Shown here: positions 1 to 12,294 of the stretch, in pieces
Position numbering within the stretch: position 1 is the first letter of the stretch
Layout of the letters: every line of letters begins with the position of its first letter
Assembly: GCA_964016885.1 (NCBI GenBank)
Contig: OZ024743.1
Location: 6,200,001-6,264,000, forward strand
DNA from: Eledone cirrhosa
Taxonomy: Eukaryota
DNA length: 64,000 nucleotides
Reading direction: 5' to 3'
Position numbers and translations under genes: made by a program
The notes under the pieces: generated by a model
Database searches by the model: none
Told to the model about the DNA's origin: nothing
What the model saw: only the letters and a program-made list of their open reading frames with translations

Positions 1-225
1 GTATTCAAGTCAATAGTACTAAAATCGTTGAGCAGACAACATGCATTGGTAGATAAGCCAAGTGCTAAATATACCTAGGAATTGCTTAGAATATTACAAC
101 GGTCAAATTAACTATCAGATCATTCAGTCTGTACGGAAATTTATTCAACACGAGCTAAAACAACTTTGAAACCGCAAACAAAATATCTTAAGATTTAAAA
201 CAAAATCATACTTTGGTGCATACAC

Positions 226-355
<130 letters not shown>

Positions 356-489
356 TGTATGTATGTACAGTTGGCAGCCACCATGTATGTATGTATGTTC
401 TTCTGGTTTTATAATTTCACAAAGTTTTATCAATAGAGAGAGAGTCGGTTTCTATCATAGACACAAGACTCTCTCATTGGAATTTACAC

Positions 490-1173
490 ATCAACTAGGT
501 AGATATGTATGTATGCATTCATGTGTAGATATGGATGTTATTGTAAGTGTGCATGTGTATGTTTTGAGTTGTATGTGTGCATGCGTATATGCTTTGCATC
601 TGTACATGTGTATATGCAGTTATTAGATGCAAAATGTTTGGAATGTTTTACATATTTTTACTGCTCCATTAATGGATTGTACTTGTAATTTCCTAACTAG
701 TTGTGTTCTTTCTGTTCCTGTGAAGCTTAGCTTCTCAAGATTTGTATTGAGGCAGTTACTAACATACCCCAGTGCCCCAATAATCACAGGCATAAATCTG
801 AAGGTGTAATCAGGGTGGAATATCTGCAGATTTCTCATCAGTTCTGCATAAATATTCTCCTTTTCACTAATATTTGATATTATATTGGCATCTGCTGGGC
901 AGCTAATTTCCACTACTGTGCATGCTTAATTCTCCCTGTCCCATATCATAATATCTGGTCTGTTATGCCTGCATTTTATTGGGGTTTTTACTGGAACATT
1001 CCACCAGTACGCTTTCATATTATGTACATGGATGTCTTCCACTTTGTTGTAGCTTTTAATGTGTTTATTATCTGGGCTATCTTTTTTACGAACTGCATTG
1101 CACAGTGTTTTGGCCACTATATCATGCTTCATAGGTAGATAGTACTGCGATGACATCTTTGGACAGCTGCTGG
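490..1173 (-). mobile_element. 5'-truncated R4/Dong-like non-LTR retrotransposon: C-terminal restriction-like endonuclease region plus 3' UTR, frameshifted
   Basis: ORFs 926..1312 and 623..913 give [16 protein letters not shown]...HNRPDIMIWD...EISCPAD..N...EKENIY..L...PVIIGALG, the RHD/PD..E-K RLE signature. Homologous to 17000-17525 and bounded by (TACA/TGTA)n. Confidence 0.8.
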
Positions 1174-1237
1174 TATGTATGTATGTATGTATGTATGTAT
1201 GTATGTATGTATGTATGTATGTATGTATGTATGTATG

Positions 1238-1762
1238 TACCAGAGTTTTCAAGTCGCTGGCTGGACTAAAAAGTCCCACTTGTTTAGCGCATCGGTAGGG
1301 GTTCTCCCACATGGATATAAAGTAGTGGCTGTACTCGAAAACGAGTTGGCAGCCACCATGTACGAGTTAGCCTTTGTCAAGGCAGAATTCTAGGAGAAGG
1401 AAAACTCTGATATAACACCTGCAACCCTCATGGTATCCAATGATGTTGACTTGTTCTTCTTTTTGGTAAATATCATCTTGGTTAAGAGAGTGGGACTGGC
1501 TTTGTGCAGTGCCTTTGCTCACTATAAAAGCTTCACGGCACAGGCATTGCTTTATATCTGGAGATCTCTCTGCACTTGTCGTCACATGGTGCCATGGGCC
1601 CAGCACTATGTGTCAATAATTGTCACAAGTGTAGTGTTTGTACCAGAGTTTTCAAGTCGCTGGCTGAACTAAAAAGTCACACTTGTATAGCGCATCGGTA
1701 GAGGTTCTCCTACATGGATATAAAGTAGTGGCCGTACTCGGAAACGAGTTGGCAGCCACCAT
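1238..1762. mobile_element. Unclassified (TACA)n-embedded interspersed repeat ('family X'): one ~400-bp unit plus a ~120-bp partial unit in tandem
   Basis: Near-identical in reverse complement to 21731-22155 and 28459-28855. Shared fixed end GAGTTGGCAGCCACCAT next to (GTAT)n. Confidence 0.75.
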
Positions 1763-3050
1763 GTATGTATATATATATATGTATGTATGTTTGTATGTAT
1801 CTGTCTATCTATCTTTCTATCTATCTATCTATCTGTCTATCTATCTATTTATCTATCTATAGCAGGACACTATTATAAGTGATGAGGTATATAAGCCTCT
1901 CCGTTAAATATTGTTTCAGTTTACAGGGAAATACATATAGTTAGCTTGTTTACATGTCAATATACGCAATATAGAAATATACACATTTACGCAGGCTTGG
2001 TTAGCTCTCTCTCTATATATAGATGTAAATTTATCGTATACTTCGGCTTCTTAGCGCACAATTATATATATAGATAGATAGATGTATATGTGTGTGAGTG
2101 TATGTAGTGTGTATGCGATGTAGACGTGTGTTTATACACACACACACATACGTATACACACATATATACATACATACATACAAACAAACATACATACATA
2201 CATGAATACATCATTGTGTGGCATCATGAGTAAGTGTCTTTTGTCATAACCTCAGATGACCAAATCCATTTGAGGTGAATTGCGCAGATGGAAACTGTTC
2301 AGAAACCCGTTAAACGGATTCTGCCTGTAATTCAAAGAGCCCGGCCTTGTCCTACAATTGATCGGCTTGTCATGTGGGCTTCTCTTTTTATGAACTATGT
2401 ACTGACAAACGAGGCTTGGGGAGGTTTAGGAATCGGTTCAAATCCAATTCAAAGCAACATTTCTCTCTTCTTAGCATAAATCAGCAAACTGGTAGCCAGT
2501 AACACGAGGCATCAAAGCATACATATCGACAGATGGTGTTATTCTAACGATATGTATGTTTAGACGCCCATATACATTCGCAACCCCGCCCACAAATACT
2601 TGCTCGCTAGAATCTACTTTTTTCACTTCAGACAAAAGAAGTTGTTGTGGTATTTTTGTTTACTGATGAAATTTAACAGCGAAATTTATTTATTATTGCA
2701 AAATAAATCTAATGAGGTAATTTTAGCGACACACAGAAACGGCTGGGGGACCAGGTGCATGCCAACGGAGTTTGGAAGCCGAGAGTTTGTAGCTATATCC
2801 TTTAGCAAATCTGTGGAACCCTGACATTATGGGAGCAAGGAGGAAAGTCATCAAAAAACAACGTGGAAACAGCAGAGGTGGCACCTAGATGGCTATGGCT
2901 GAAGAGAAGTGGCCGGTGGGGTCACTAGTATGTATGTCACTTGGACATAGACTTAAACTTAATCATCGGCTTGTATCACACACAGACACACACACACACA
3001 GGCCGGCTACACGTAAAACATAACTTGGAAGACGGACGACGGATGGGCGG

Positions 3051-3089
<39 letters not shown>

Positions 3090-3327
3090 TTCTTTATTAG
3101 CCACAGGGGCACAAAAGAAGGGGACAAATACAAAGGGGGAAGTTTACATACAATAAAAACGCGTAAAATGTTATCACAAATGGAATTTAAAAAGTTAGTC
3201 GATTTTCCCCAATAGAGGGAGACAGTTTATATGGGTAACACATACCCCCGAAAAAAAATGTGCAACCCTCATCTCCAGGAGTACGAAGAGTTTGTACTCC
3301 TTTCCTCTCCTCCTTCTTTTCCTCAAC

Positions 3328-6300
3328 CTACAGGCTGATATAGAGAGAAGGCACATTCACTCGGGCCATTCTCGCCACTTTCACCCACCTTTCATAAAAC
3401 TTGCTGGGGTACAGCACCTCTCTCTCCATCCTGATTCTTCTTCCAAAGTGGTATTTGAAAAAAAGAATCAGTTGTTGGCCGGAGAGAAAGGTGTCTGACC
3501 TCAGCCCTTTCAACCTTGTCCACCATACAACCTCTTTCGCCATAGCTATCACACAAAGGAAAACCGCCACTCCTTCGTTTTTGAAGGAGGGTGGCGGACT
3601 GATCATGACAATGGACTCGGTGGTCAACTGGATTGGTCCCACCCGCGACAATAGTCGTTCTACATAGCCCCACAGGTCAGTGACACCCGGGCAGTGTATG
3701 AATGCGTGCGCGACGGTTTCTTCGTCTCGCACGCACCTCGGACAGATCTTTTTTGCAGGGTCCCTGCCCGGGCGCCCATGTCTGTAGAGCTTGTCTCGAA
3801 CTGGTAGAGCTCCTCGGTAGCACTGCCAGGCCAGGGACTTTTGGAAGTTGTCCATCGGTCCCGGGCGGAAGGTCCTACCGAACAGACTGGCCAGTTCATC
3901 TTCCTCTACGCCTAGAGTTTCACCGAGCGCGTCGTCGCACTTGCTGCGGACCAACCCTCTATAGAATGACGAAGTGGAGTCTCCACTGATCGCCGGGTCC
4001 GCCTGCCAGAGGGCTGTGAGCGCCTGAGCACATTCGATGTGCCAGTCGCCCATTTTCCTCGGTCTTTGCTTGACCCAGGACTGCAGCTCGGTCAGCGAGA
4101 CGAGTCGTGGGAAGGCTCGCCTCACGAACGGGGCCCACACCGGTTGTCCGGTGAGGAATACGTAGAGATGCCGCAGCCTGAGCGCGTGTTTGCGCATCGT
4201 CAACCATGGCATCCCCAGCCCTCCGTTAGAAGGGTGTTGGCAGCAGATGGATCTTCTCACCAAAGGAGCCCGCCTCTTCCAAAGGAATCGGAAGAGCGCG
4301 CGCTCCATTTTGGCGAGCGTTTTGGCTGGACAAGGCACGACGGTCAAGCGGTAGTAGATGGCGGACGCTATAAAAGTGTTCGCCACCTCCGCTCGACCTT
4401 TCAAGGATAGTTTGCACTCGGCCCACTTCTGGGTGAGTGCAAACACCTTGGCCGTCACTTCGTTCCAGTTCTTCTCCACCTGGAGGTCCGGACCAAACCA
4501 GACCCCGAGCAGCTTTACCGGTCCTTCCGTCCAGCGTCCGACGACGCCATCGGAAGGCATCGGTCTGCCTCTCCACGATCCGAGTTGCAAACCGATGGAC
4601 TTGTCCCGGTTCAGCTTCGCTCCTGTGACACTTTCGTATTCCTTCAGTAAGGTGCCGACTTCCTCGATTTGCGAGGCGCTCGACACCATTACTGCCACGT
4701 CGTCGGCGTAGGCCGACGCCGCTTTCCGCAGTCCCGGTTCCAGAGGGATGCCCTGCAATAGCTCCAGCTTCCGCAGTAGTGGCTCGAGAGTCAGTACGTA
4801 CAGAAGGGAGGAGAGAGGGCATCCCTGTCGAATGGATCGCGTAATATGGAACGGCTCCGAGAGGTAGCCGTTCACCTTGACCCTTGAGCAGATGTTGCTG
4901 TTGTGCATTGCAGCAATCCAGCCCCTGAACACGGGTCCGAAGCCTGCCGCCTCGAGCACCGCATCCAGGTAACGATGGTCAACCCTATCGAAAGCCTTAG
5001 ACTGATCCAAGTTGATCAGGGCCCCACCGAAGCCGGGTTTACACCCTACCCTCTCTATGATGTATCGCATGAGGTGGAGGTTGTCGTGTATGGACCTGGT
5101 CGGGATTGCGCATGTCTGCGCTTCTCCCACCAGGTTCTCGACAAGCGCCAGCCTCTTTGCCAACACCTTGGCCAAAATCTGTAACTCTGTGTTTAGCAGA
5201 GTTATGGGCCGGAAGTTGCCTATGTCATCCCCCTTATTCTCGTCCTTCCTGATTAGTGTGACCACGCCCCCGGTTACAGAACTGGGAATTCTCCCGTTCT
5301 GTTGCCAGTTGCAGTAGACCGCTTCAAGGAGACCGGAGAATAAGTCCGGCATTGCTACGTAAAATTCGTAGGGTAGACCGTCGAGACCTGGAGATTTGCG
5401 TTTGCCGCATTGGCTCAGCGCTTCCCCTATCTCAGTGGCTGAAATCGGCTTTTCGCAGAACTTTGCCTCGCTGTCCGAGAGTCGCGGTAGGCCGTCGAGG
5501 TATGAACCGAAATCCATAGCCTCTCCCGGCGCGCCGCTCCCCCCAAACAGCCGAGCAAAGTGCCGCTGAAAAGCCGCACACATCTGCTTCGGCTCACGTA
5601 TCACGCGTCCGTTTTGGTCCTTCAAAGACCGAATCGTGGACATGTTGCCACTTTTTGCCTCCGTCACTCGGGCCCAGCTAACAGCTTTGGCTCCCTCGTT
5701 TCCCAGAGCACGTATTTTGCTTCTGACAACGCAGCCCTCATGCTTTGCGTCGAAGAACTGGTCCAAGGCCGTTCTCGTTGCTAGCACGCTGGCTACGTTG
5801 CCACTTCTAATTGCCTCTTCTACTTTATCTACCAGTTCCTTCTCGGTTCTATTTCTATCTAACGCTAATTCTTTACTAAAAACTATCGAGTCTAATCTAA
5901 CTGCCCTCTTGAGAGAGTACCACCATCTGTTGTTGACAATGGCCCCTGTCAAGTGCTGTTTAACTAAAGTGCTAATCCGTCTACTGTAGGCTTTGCTTGT
6001 CGGTAACGACAAGTTCAGCTTCCAGTAGCCGGGTCCTTGTCTATGGGTTCTATCAAGGTTGGCCAAGCAGGTCACTAGTTTGTGATCTGAATAGGCAACC
6101 ATGAACATTTGTGGACAGCTTAACATGTCCCTATCCTTATTTCTAACTAGAACCCTATCTAGGTACGATCTAGATGTTCCGCTACGATTACTCCACGTCC
6201 ACAGTGGCGCAGTCGGAAAATCTAGTCGATATCTATCGGCCAGGTCAAATCGGTCGATTAACTGTTTGAGGCTGTTACACCCCCCTTTATCGGGACATGC

Positions 6301-6762
6301 TCCCACATAGTCCCAACGTGCATCTAGGATTCCATTCCAGTCCCCCACTAAAAGCAAGGAGCGGGACGTTCCCAGAAAAGTCTCTAGACGTTTGAAGAAG
6401 TCTGGCCGCAGTGTCCCGGATGGGGCATATGCAGCCACCAGCCTGAAGGCTCCACCTTCACTACCGTCAACGTCTAGGACCACCAGTCGACCCTCCGAGT
6501 CCAGATGTACTGTCTGTGTTACGAGGCCCAGGTGTTTCCGCAGCAAAACGGCAACTCCTCCCCCACCCCCCGGTTGACAGAGAGATGCGTAGATCTGAAA
6601 GTCATCGAAGATGGGGGCCAGCTGTCGCTCGCCGTGGATCCTGGACTCGCAAATGGCTACCACATCCATACTGTGCGACCTGAGGTCGTTTAAGAGTTTG
6701 CCCTGTTTCCAGGGCATCCCCAGGCTGCGTACGTTCACACATCCAACTCTTATATTGGCCAT
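3328..6762 (-). CDS. LINE ORF2: apurinic-like endonuclease, reverse transcriptase and C-terminal zinc motif, 1144 aa, uninterrupted
   Basis: Motifs CVNVRSL, ICESR, YAP, GDWN, SYLDR, SDHK, KSPGLDGL, FRPITLLN, LDQSKAFDRVDH, RQGCPLS, YADD, CPRC..EETVAHAFIHC. Confidence 0.95.
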   Translation of the reverse strand: MANIRVGCVNVRSLGMPWKQGKLLNDLRSHSMDVVAICESRIHGERQLAPIFDDFQIYASLCQPGGGGGVAVLLRKHLGLVTQTVHLDSEGRLVVLDVDGSEGGAFRLVAAYAPSGTLRPDFFKRLETFLGTSRSLLLVGDWNGILDARWDYVGACPDKGGCNSLKQLIDRFDLADRYRLDFPTAPLWTWSNRSGTSRSYLDRVLVRNKDRDMLSCPQMFMVAYSDHKLVTCLANLDRTHRQGPGYWKLNLSLPTSKAYSRRISTLVKQHLTGAIVNNRWWYSLKRAVRLDSIVFSKELALDRNRTEKELVDKVEEAIRSGNVASVLATRTALDQFFDAKHEGCVVRSKIRALGNEGAKAVSWARVTEAKSGNMSTIRSLKDQNGRVIREPKQMCAAFQRHFARLFGGSGAPGEAMDFGSYLDGLPRLSDSEAKFCEKPISATEIGEALSQCGKRKSPGLDGLPYEFYVAMPDLFSGLLEAVYCNWQQNGRIPSSVTGGVVTLIRKDENKGDDIGNFRPITLLNTELQILAKVLAKRLALVENLVGEAQTCAIPTRSIHDNLHLMRYIIERVGCKPGFGGALINLDQSKAFDRVDHRYLDAVLEAAGFGPVFRGWIAAMHNSNICSRVKVNGYLSEPFHITRSIRQGCPLSSLLYVLTLEPLLRKLELLQGIPLEPGLRKAASAYADDVAVMVSSASQIEEVGTLLKEYESVTGAKLNRDKSIGLQLGSWRGRPMPSDGVVGRWTEGPVKLLGVWFGPDLQVEKNWNEVTAKVFALTQKWAECKLSLKGRAEVANTFIASAIYYRLTVVPCPAKTLAKMERALFRFLWKRRAPLVRRSICCQHPSNGGLGMPWLTMRKHALRLRHLYVFLTGQPVWAPFVRRAFPRLVSLTELQSWVKQRPRKMGDWHIECAQALTALWQADPAISGDSTSSFYRGLVRSKCDDALGETLGVEEDELASLFGRTFRPGPMDNFQKSLAWQCYRGALPVRDKLYRHGRPGRDPAKKICPRCVRDEETVAHAFIHCPGVTDLWGYVERLLSRVGPIQLTTESIVMISPPPSFKNEGVAVFLCVIAMAKEVVWWTRLKGLRSDTFLSGQQLILFFKYHFGRRIRMEREVLYPSKFYERWVKVARMARVNVPSLYISL

Positions 6763-8730
6763 GTTGGTGCTGAAAAGTTAAAAGGGGAAAAGAGATCACT
6801 CACCCTTCGCCTCCTGGGGACCAGGCCGCACGATTTCCATGGGGGTGTTGGAGGGGTTGTCTGGATGGGTGGTGGTTTCCGGCGGGGTGGGGATGCAGAT
6901 GTTTGGTGGGGTGGGGTCTGGTGGGATGGGGGTGTCTGGGTGGGGAGGCATTTGAGAAGGACGCGGTTGAGTGGTTTCACGCAGGAATTCCCCACATCCT
7001 TCTCAAATGTTTCTTTTAGGGACCTATAAGTTTGTATAGGGACCCTAATCAGTTTTAGGTTCAGTTTTTTGCTATTTTTAATAGAGTGGGCGAAAGTTTT
7101 CCCTTCGGTGAAAACCGAAGGGTCGTTCGTAATGGTCTCCATTAGTGTTTTGTTTTCAGTGTTTATGTAAGTGTAAGTGTAATTTTCTTGTGTTGTGTTT
7201 GTTTTTGTCTGTAGTTCTTGTGTGTGCTTTCGTTTTGTTGTAGGTATTTTGTTTTCAGGAGGTGGGGGTTTTGTTTGTGATATTTTTGTTGTTTGTGTTG
7301 GTGGTTGTATGTTTGTGGTAGTGTTTGCTGGTTTTTTGCTTTTGTGATGTCTTTTCTTTCTTTTCGAGCGATGGGGTTCTCCCTCGTCTTCACTGGGTGA
7401 TGGCGAGATAGCCTCATCTGTTGTATCGTCTGTGTGATTGGGGAGGGGTATGTCTTGGGGAGCTGTTGTGTCTGTATGTGATTTTGCAGTGGTTTTAGGT
7501 GGAGTGGGGTTGGGTGGGACTGTGTTTGTTGTGGTTATTTTTGTGTGTTGGTGTTGTTGTTGTTGTGGTGGTGTTGGTGGCTGTGTTGTTTTGATGGGTG
7601 TCGGCAGAAGAGCCTTTTTTTGGTTCATTAGTTTAGGACAGGAAGCACTCAGGTGATTCTGCTAAAGCAATGGTAACATGAAGGCCGCCTACCTCCAACC
7701 GAAAGGTTTATGTAGGTGAGTCCGTCCAGGAGTACACGCTGTGGGATCATAGCTATTCGCTCTGGGCTCATTTGCACCAGAACTTCAATGCTAGTCCCAT
7801 TGAATACATCTCTGGGGGACTTTCCTACTGACAGTATTCTGTCTTCATCAAAATTGATGAAGCCGCACAGTATCCACCATATGTTCACCTTTGGTGTGAC
7901 ACTTGTGATTCTGATCTTTTGTGTCCTTTTTCCCATGTATGTAGGGAAAAAGGTGTACAGGTTGGATACAATTGGCGACACAGAGTAATTTGGGGCCGTC
8001 AATTGATCCTTCATGAGTACCGAAATACTCCCAAAAAGTTTGCTTCTTTGAATGAATGCAATATCATTAATTGAATTTTTGAAAACCAGTTCAATTTCTT
8101 TCTGTGACAATTGGACTGGTTTTCGGCTAGAATTGGAAACTGTCCTAAAAACTATCGTTTTGAGAGCAGTTTCCTTGCGAATTTCTACCGGAGAATTGAT
8201 GCTGAAAGCACCATTTTTTTCGAAGGTGACATATCTCTTAGCGTCCTTTAAAAGTTGTTCAGCATTTGTTATGTCGAGATATATCAATTCTTCTTTCTTT
8301 TGAACTTTTTCTGCAAAGGAGATTTTTGGTTTCTTTGTGGAATCCGTATTGGTGGTGTTGTCATTATTGTTGTTATTGTTGTTGTTATTCTTGTTGTCAC
8401 CGATGTTGGTATCATCCGTATTTTCCTTGGTGTTGTTGTTGTCTTTGATGCTGGTGTTATTGGCGTTGTCTTTATTTTTTTCTTTGTTGTTGTTATCATT
8501 GTTGCTTTTATCATCATTATTGGTTTTGCTGTTATTTTTGTTGTCATTGAACTGTTTGGTGTCATTTGTGTTGTTTGGATATGAATTCGTTTTTTTATTT
8601 TCATTTTAGTATCTAGTGTATCTAGTGTATCTAGTGCATCTATAGTATCTAGTGAAGAAGACGTTGTTGACTGCGAGCTTTGTAGTCTTACCGCCTCTCC
8701 ACCACCATTATCGTTGGACGCAGCGTTCAT
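6750..8730 (-). pseudogene. Tx1-type ORF1 (gag-like with zinc knuckle) broken into three frames
   Basis: ORFs 8284..8730, 7649..8287 and 6750..7628; CYHC..R.H...C knuckle; homologous to 32570-34340. Confidence 0.8.
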
Positions 8731-8960
8731 AACGTAATCAAAATTTTACAATATTTTTTCCAAGATTCGATGGAGAAAAATTTTTTTTAAATGGATATTC
8801 CGCCCCTGTAGGGGGCGAAAATGAGTTGACCCACCACTTGAAGGTCCAGACGGGTGGTCAAGTTACACAATGATATACAATGATATACAATTTAACTATA
8901 AACTCACGTTTTTTTCTTACATAAATTAACGGAAACTTCTCCTCGAAGTGACACACGTCT

Positions 8961-8967
8961 GATAGAG

Positions 8968-9045
<78 letters not shown>

Positions 9046-9054
9046 GTAGATAGG

Positions 9055-9127
<73 letters not shown>
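8961..9127. repeat. (GATA)n microsatellite, 5' flank of the Tx1 element
   Basis: Direct reading. Confidence 0.95.
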
Positions 9128-9303
9128 GTATTTAATGCCCGAAGATAGACAGATACATCAATAGACGATTATAGAGGGTTACCCGTTTTACTACTGACCA
9201 TCTTGTCAACACTGTTGAGAGAAAGAAGGGTAGGGAGGACGATATTAAAGTACCATTTCCCAATGGTTGTCATATGTTTATACATACATATATACATATA
9301 TAC

Positions 9304-9376
<73 letters not shown>

Positions 9377-9378
<2 letters not shown>

Positions 9379-9560
9379 CGAAGGAAATGTGGTAAGGAAC
9401 CAGGTGGACCATAACGCACCAAAGTACTCAATACTTAGGATAGTAGAGTGGGTAATAGGAACGAGTAGGACCCCGACGGCTGAGCTCAAGCCGTTTCGAC
9501 GGTTAATTCTGAATTAGCCGTCGAAACGGCTTGAGCTCAGCCGTCGGGGTCCTACTCGTT

Positions 9561-9565
<5 letters not shown>
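9377..9565 (-). mobile_element. Short fold-back element ('family Y'): ~55-60 bp inverted arms plus ~68-nt unpaired tail, in (TA)n
   Basis: ATAGGAACGAGTAGGACCCCGACGGCTGAGCTCAAGCCGTTTCGACGG.. and its reverse complement. Other copies at 18113, 18786, 47408 and 55281. Confidence 0.8.
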
Positions 9566-9622
<57 letters not shown>

Positions 9623-9628
<6 letters not shown>

Positions 9629-10137
9629 TAAATAAAAGTCAAATGATTAAAATTTAGCTTCGTTTATTACTGCTATATATATTTCAGTGACAGCCATCTT
9701 TGGCTGTGACCTCTTCAGGCAGTTTGAATTAGTATGGTATAGACAAGTACATATGTTGTTTAGGTGTATGATATTGTCAATACTCTGATATGCCCAGTTC
9801 CTTGTTGGGTTGTTAATTCACTGAGGAACTGGAGTCATATGAATTAACAACCCAACAAGGAACTGGGCATATCAGAGTATTGACAATATCATACACCTAA
9901 ACAACATATGTACTTGTCTATACCATACTAATTCAAACTGCCTGAAGAGGTCACAGCCAAAGATGGCTGTCACTGAAATATATATAGCAGTAATAAACGA
10001 AGCTAAATTTTAATCATTTGACTTTTATTTAACTTTATTTTACACTACTCCGGAGTAACCAAACCAACCTGCGCACTTCGTCGAGTGCTCCAGCCTGCAT
10101 ACTGAGGTGTTGGTATACAACCAACATAAACTCAAAA
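9623..10137 (+). mobile_element. Penelope-type terminal remnant: ~198-bp inverted pseudo-LTR arms (9623-9820 / 9840-10038) plus ~100-nt tail
   Basis: Arms read as exact reverse complements, carry a hammerhead motif and are flanked by (TA)n. Confidence 0.8.
9937..9991 (+). ncRNA. Type I hammerhead ribozyme motif (mirror copy 9669-9723 on - strand)
   Basis: ACTGC-CTGAAGA-GGTCACAGCC(aaagat)GGCTGTCACT-GAAA-TATATA-TA-GCAGT: stem I ACTGC/GCAGT, intact core, palindromic stem III. Confidence 0.8.
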
Positions 10138-10192
<55 letters not shown>

Positions 10193-10214
10193 CTAGACTT
10201 GGCGGGGGGGGGGG

Positions 10215-10500
10215 GGTCAAGATGCCAATAAAAACACATGCACCTGTTGGTTTTCACTTCAATTTATTACAAATTTCCGGCTGCTTGTTTCGAGAATCGG
10301 ATGGTTGTTGATTTAATAAAATTAATAAACAACCATCCAGTTATTGAACAAACCAACCGAAAATTGTGTAATAAACTGAAGTGAAACCGAACAGGTGCAT
10401 GTGTTTTATTTTGCAGCATGACCCTCCCAGAGTATAACAATATCTGTTTCAATATCTGTTTCAGATAAGAAATCTTGCAAAACAAATTCAAAAACGAAAT
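10215..10500 (+). mobile_element. Degenerate fold-back PLE terminal remnant of the same family as 42274-43175
   Basis: Imperfect inverted arms (CACATGCACCTGTT..TTTCACTTCA / TGAAGTGAAACC..AACAGGTGCATGTG) and tail GACCCTCCCAGAGTATAACAATATC.., shared with 42274-42355 (rc) and 60331-60396. Confidence 0.65.
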
Positions 10501-10730
10501 ACAGACACACATACACGCGCGCGCGCGCGCACACACACACATACATATATATGCGTGCGTGTGTGTGTGTGTGAGAATGGTTTTCCATTGAGAAACGGAA
10601 GAAGACCACAATTAAGATAAGGTACCTAATATATCAAGTAGAGGAGGTACTTAATTTATACCGTTTCATTCTGTTGTGTAGACATCAACAACAAAATGAA
10701 ACACTGCTAGACCTATAGAAATGACGATAT

Positions 10731-11793
10731 CTTCTTCTTCTTCTTCTTCTTCTTCTTGAAGGTCGTGGTAGCAGAGTCATCATGCCCACAATACCAGGAA
10801 TGGCTCTCTGATCTCCGAACTACGTTACTCCAGAGACCCTTCGAAGGAACCTCATTTCAGGCGCTTGTATTCGCGATCGTATTCTTTCGGTCATTACCCA
10901 AGATTTATGACCATAGTTAAGGGTTGGCATGTATAACGAATTGAAGATAGTGAGTTTGGCTTTTACACCTATCTCCCTTCTTCTGATTACCGAGTGCTGA
11001 AGTTGGTGCATTACTGCACCAGCTACTGTAATTCTTCCATTTAATTCAGCTTCCTGCCTTCCATCACTTGTGAACACGGCTCTCAGATACTTGAATTTCT
11101 CCACCTGTTTCAGTGGAAATCCATTCACATGTAGAGTGCACTACCAAGGCTTCCTTGAGAAGACGAGTGTCTCAGTCTTCGCAGCACCGATTTTCATTCC
11201 AACCATGCAGCACTCGGTATTAAACCTACCAAGAGCATGTCGGAAATCACCTTCTGATTAGTTAAGTAATACCATGTCATCTGAAAATTCCAACCGACTG
11301 ATCCACTTCCAACCGGTTGCGCATGTCAGTCATGTTCATTAAGATTATGAACAGTAGAGATAACAGTATGCACCCTTGGCAGAGTCCGACTCACATTTAT
11401 CCGAGCACAAATACTCAGGCATTCATATGGAAACACCAAAGCAACAAGAACTGTCCATTGATCCCATACTGCTGCAGAACCTTCCACAGCAGATCCCATG
11501 GAACGCGGTCGTGTGTCTTTTCGAGGTCTACAATACACCTCTTGGCAGTACTCACACGGTTTCTAGAAGACCTGTCTCAGTGAGAATATTTGGTCGGCTG
11601 TACTGCGTGTGGGGCGAAAACCACACAGTCCATCAGCTAGCTTAGACTCGACGATATCTCTAGTACTCTTTGCCAGACACTTAGCATAGGCTTTACCGGG
11701 GAAGCATAATAAGGAGATACCTATATAATTGGAACAATCTCTCTTGTCTCCTTCTTTAAAAATTGGGATTATCATTCCCGATTGCCGAACCAA
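10731..11793 (-). mobile_element. Old, degenerate RTE-clade LINE fragment with (GAA)n tail
   Basis: IIPIFKEGDKRDCSNYIGISLL, GFRPTRSTADQIFSLRQ, KQVEKFKYL, PTLNYG..SW, EMRFLRRV across broken frames; (CTT)n at 10731-10757. Confidence 0.8.
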
Positions 11794-11833
11794 TTTATTA
11801 ATATTATTAATTATTTCATTATTAACTTAACAT

Positions 11834-12050
11834 GGCAGTGGATTGGCAGTATCGGTAGAGGGTCGGACGCCATGCTAGGGCAGTGGATTGGCAGTATTGG
11901 TAGAGGGTCGGACGCCATGCTTTGACGCACAGAATTACGGCCCTTGCCATTCTGAGTTTAACTTTGCCTTTCATCCTTACGGGGTCGATAAAATAAAGTA
12001 CCAGTAATGCGCTGGGTAATTACTGGCCTTGTGCCAAAAAGTAGAAATAA
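11834..12050 (+). mobile_element. tRNA-derived SINE (Meta-domain-like core) with duplicated 5' head and 15-bp TSD
   Basis: Core GCCTTTCATCCTTACGGGGTCGATAAAATAAAGTACCAG; TSD TTATTAACTTAACAT at 11819-11833 and 12051-12065. Confidence 0.85.
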
Positions 12051-12294
12051 TTATTAACTTAACATATGGTTTCTATATAAAACTCTGTTTCATAGAACCA
12101 GAGCCGGGTTCGGCCAGGTTGACATCAAAGGGGTTATTGTTAGCCTAATATCAATATCATATATACTATCCCAATGTTCACCATGAACAACATCGGATGC
12201 AGAAAAGAAAACATCAACAATAAGGAAAATTTTGACAACACTAATATTGAATTTCTTAATATCATTCTCATCATCATCATCTTCAACAATAAAA

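Larger units (their letters stand above)
3088..8960 (-). mobile_element. Full-length Tx1/L1-clade LINE inserted in a (GATA)n microsatellite
   Basis: ORF1 (frameshifted, CCHC knuckle) plus ORF2 (APE-RT-Cys/His). 3' end AATAAAGAAA(TCTA)n; (GATA)n at 3051-3088 and 8961-9127. Confidence 0.93.

Noticed and set aside
3392-6693. Many 60-200 aa ORFs overlapping or antisense to LINE ORF2 (also 35145-37721 and 52493-53434)
   Set aside because: Shadow frames of GC-rich coding sequence with no independent motifs.
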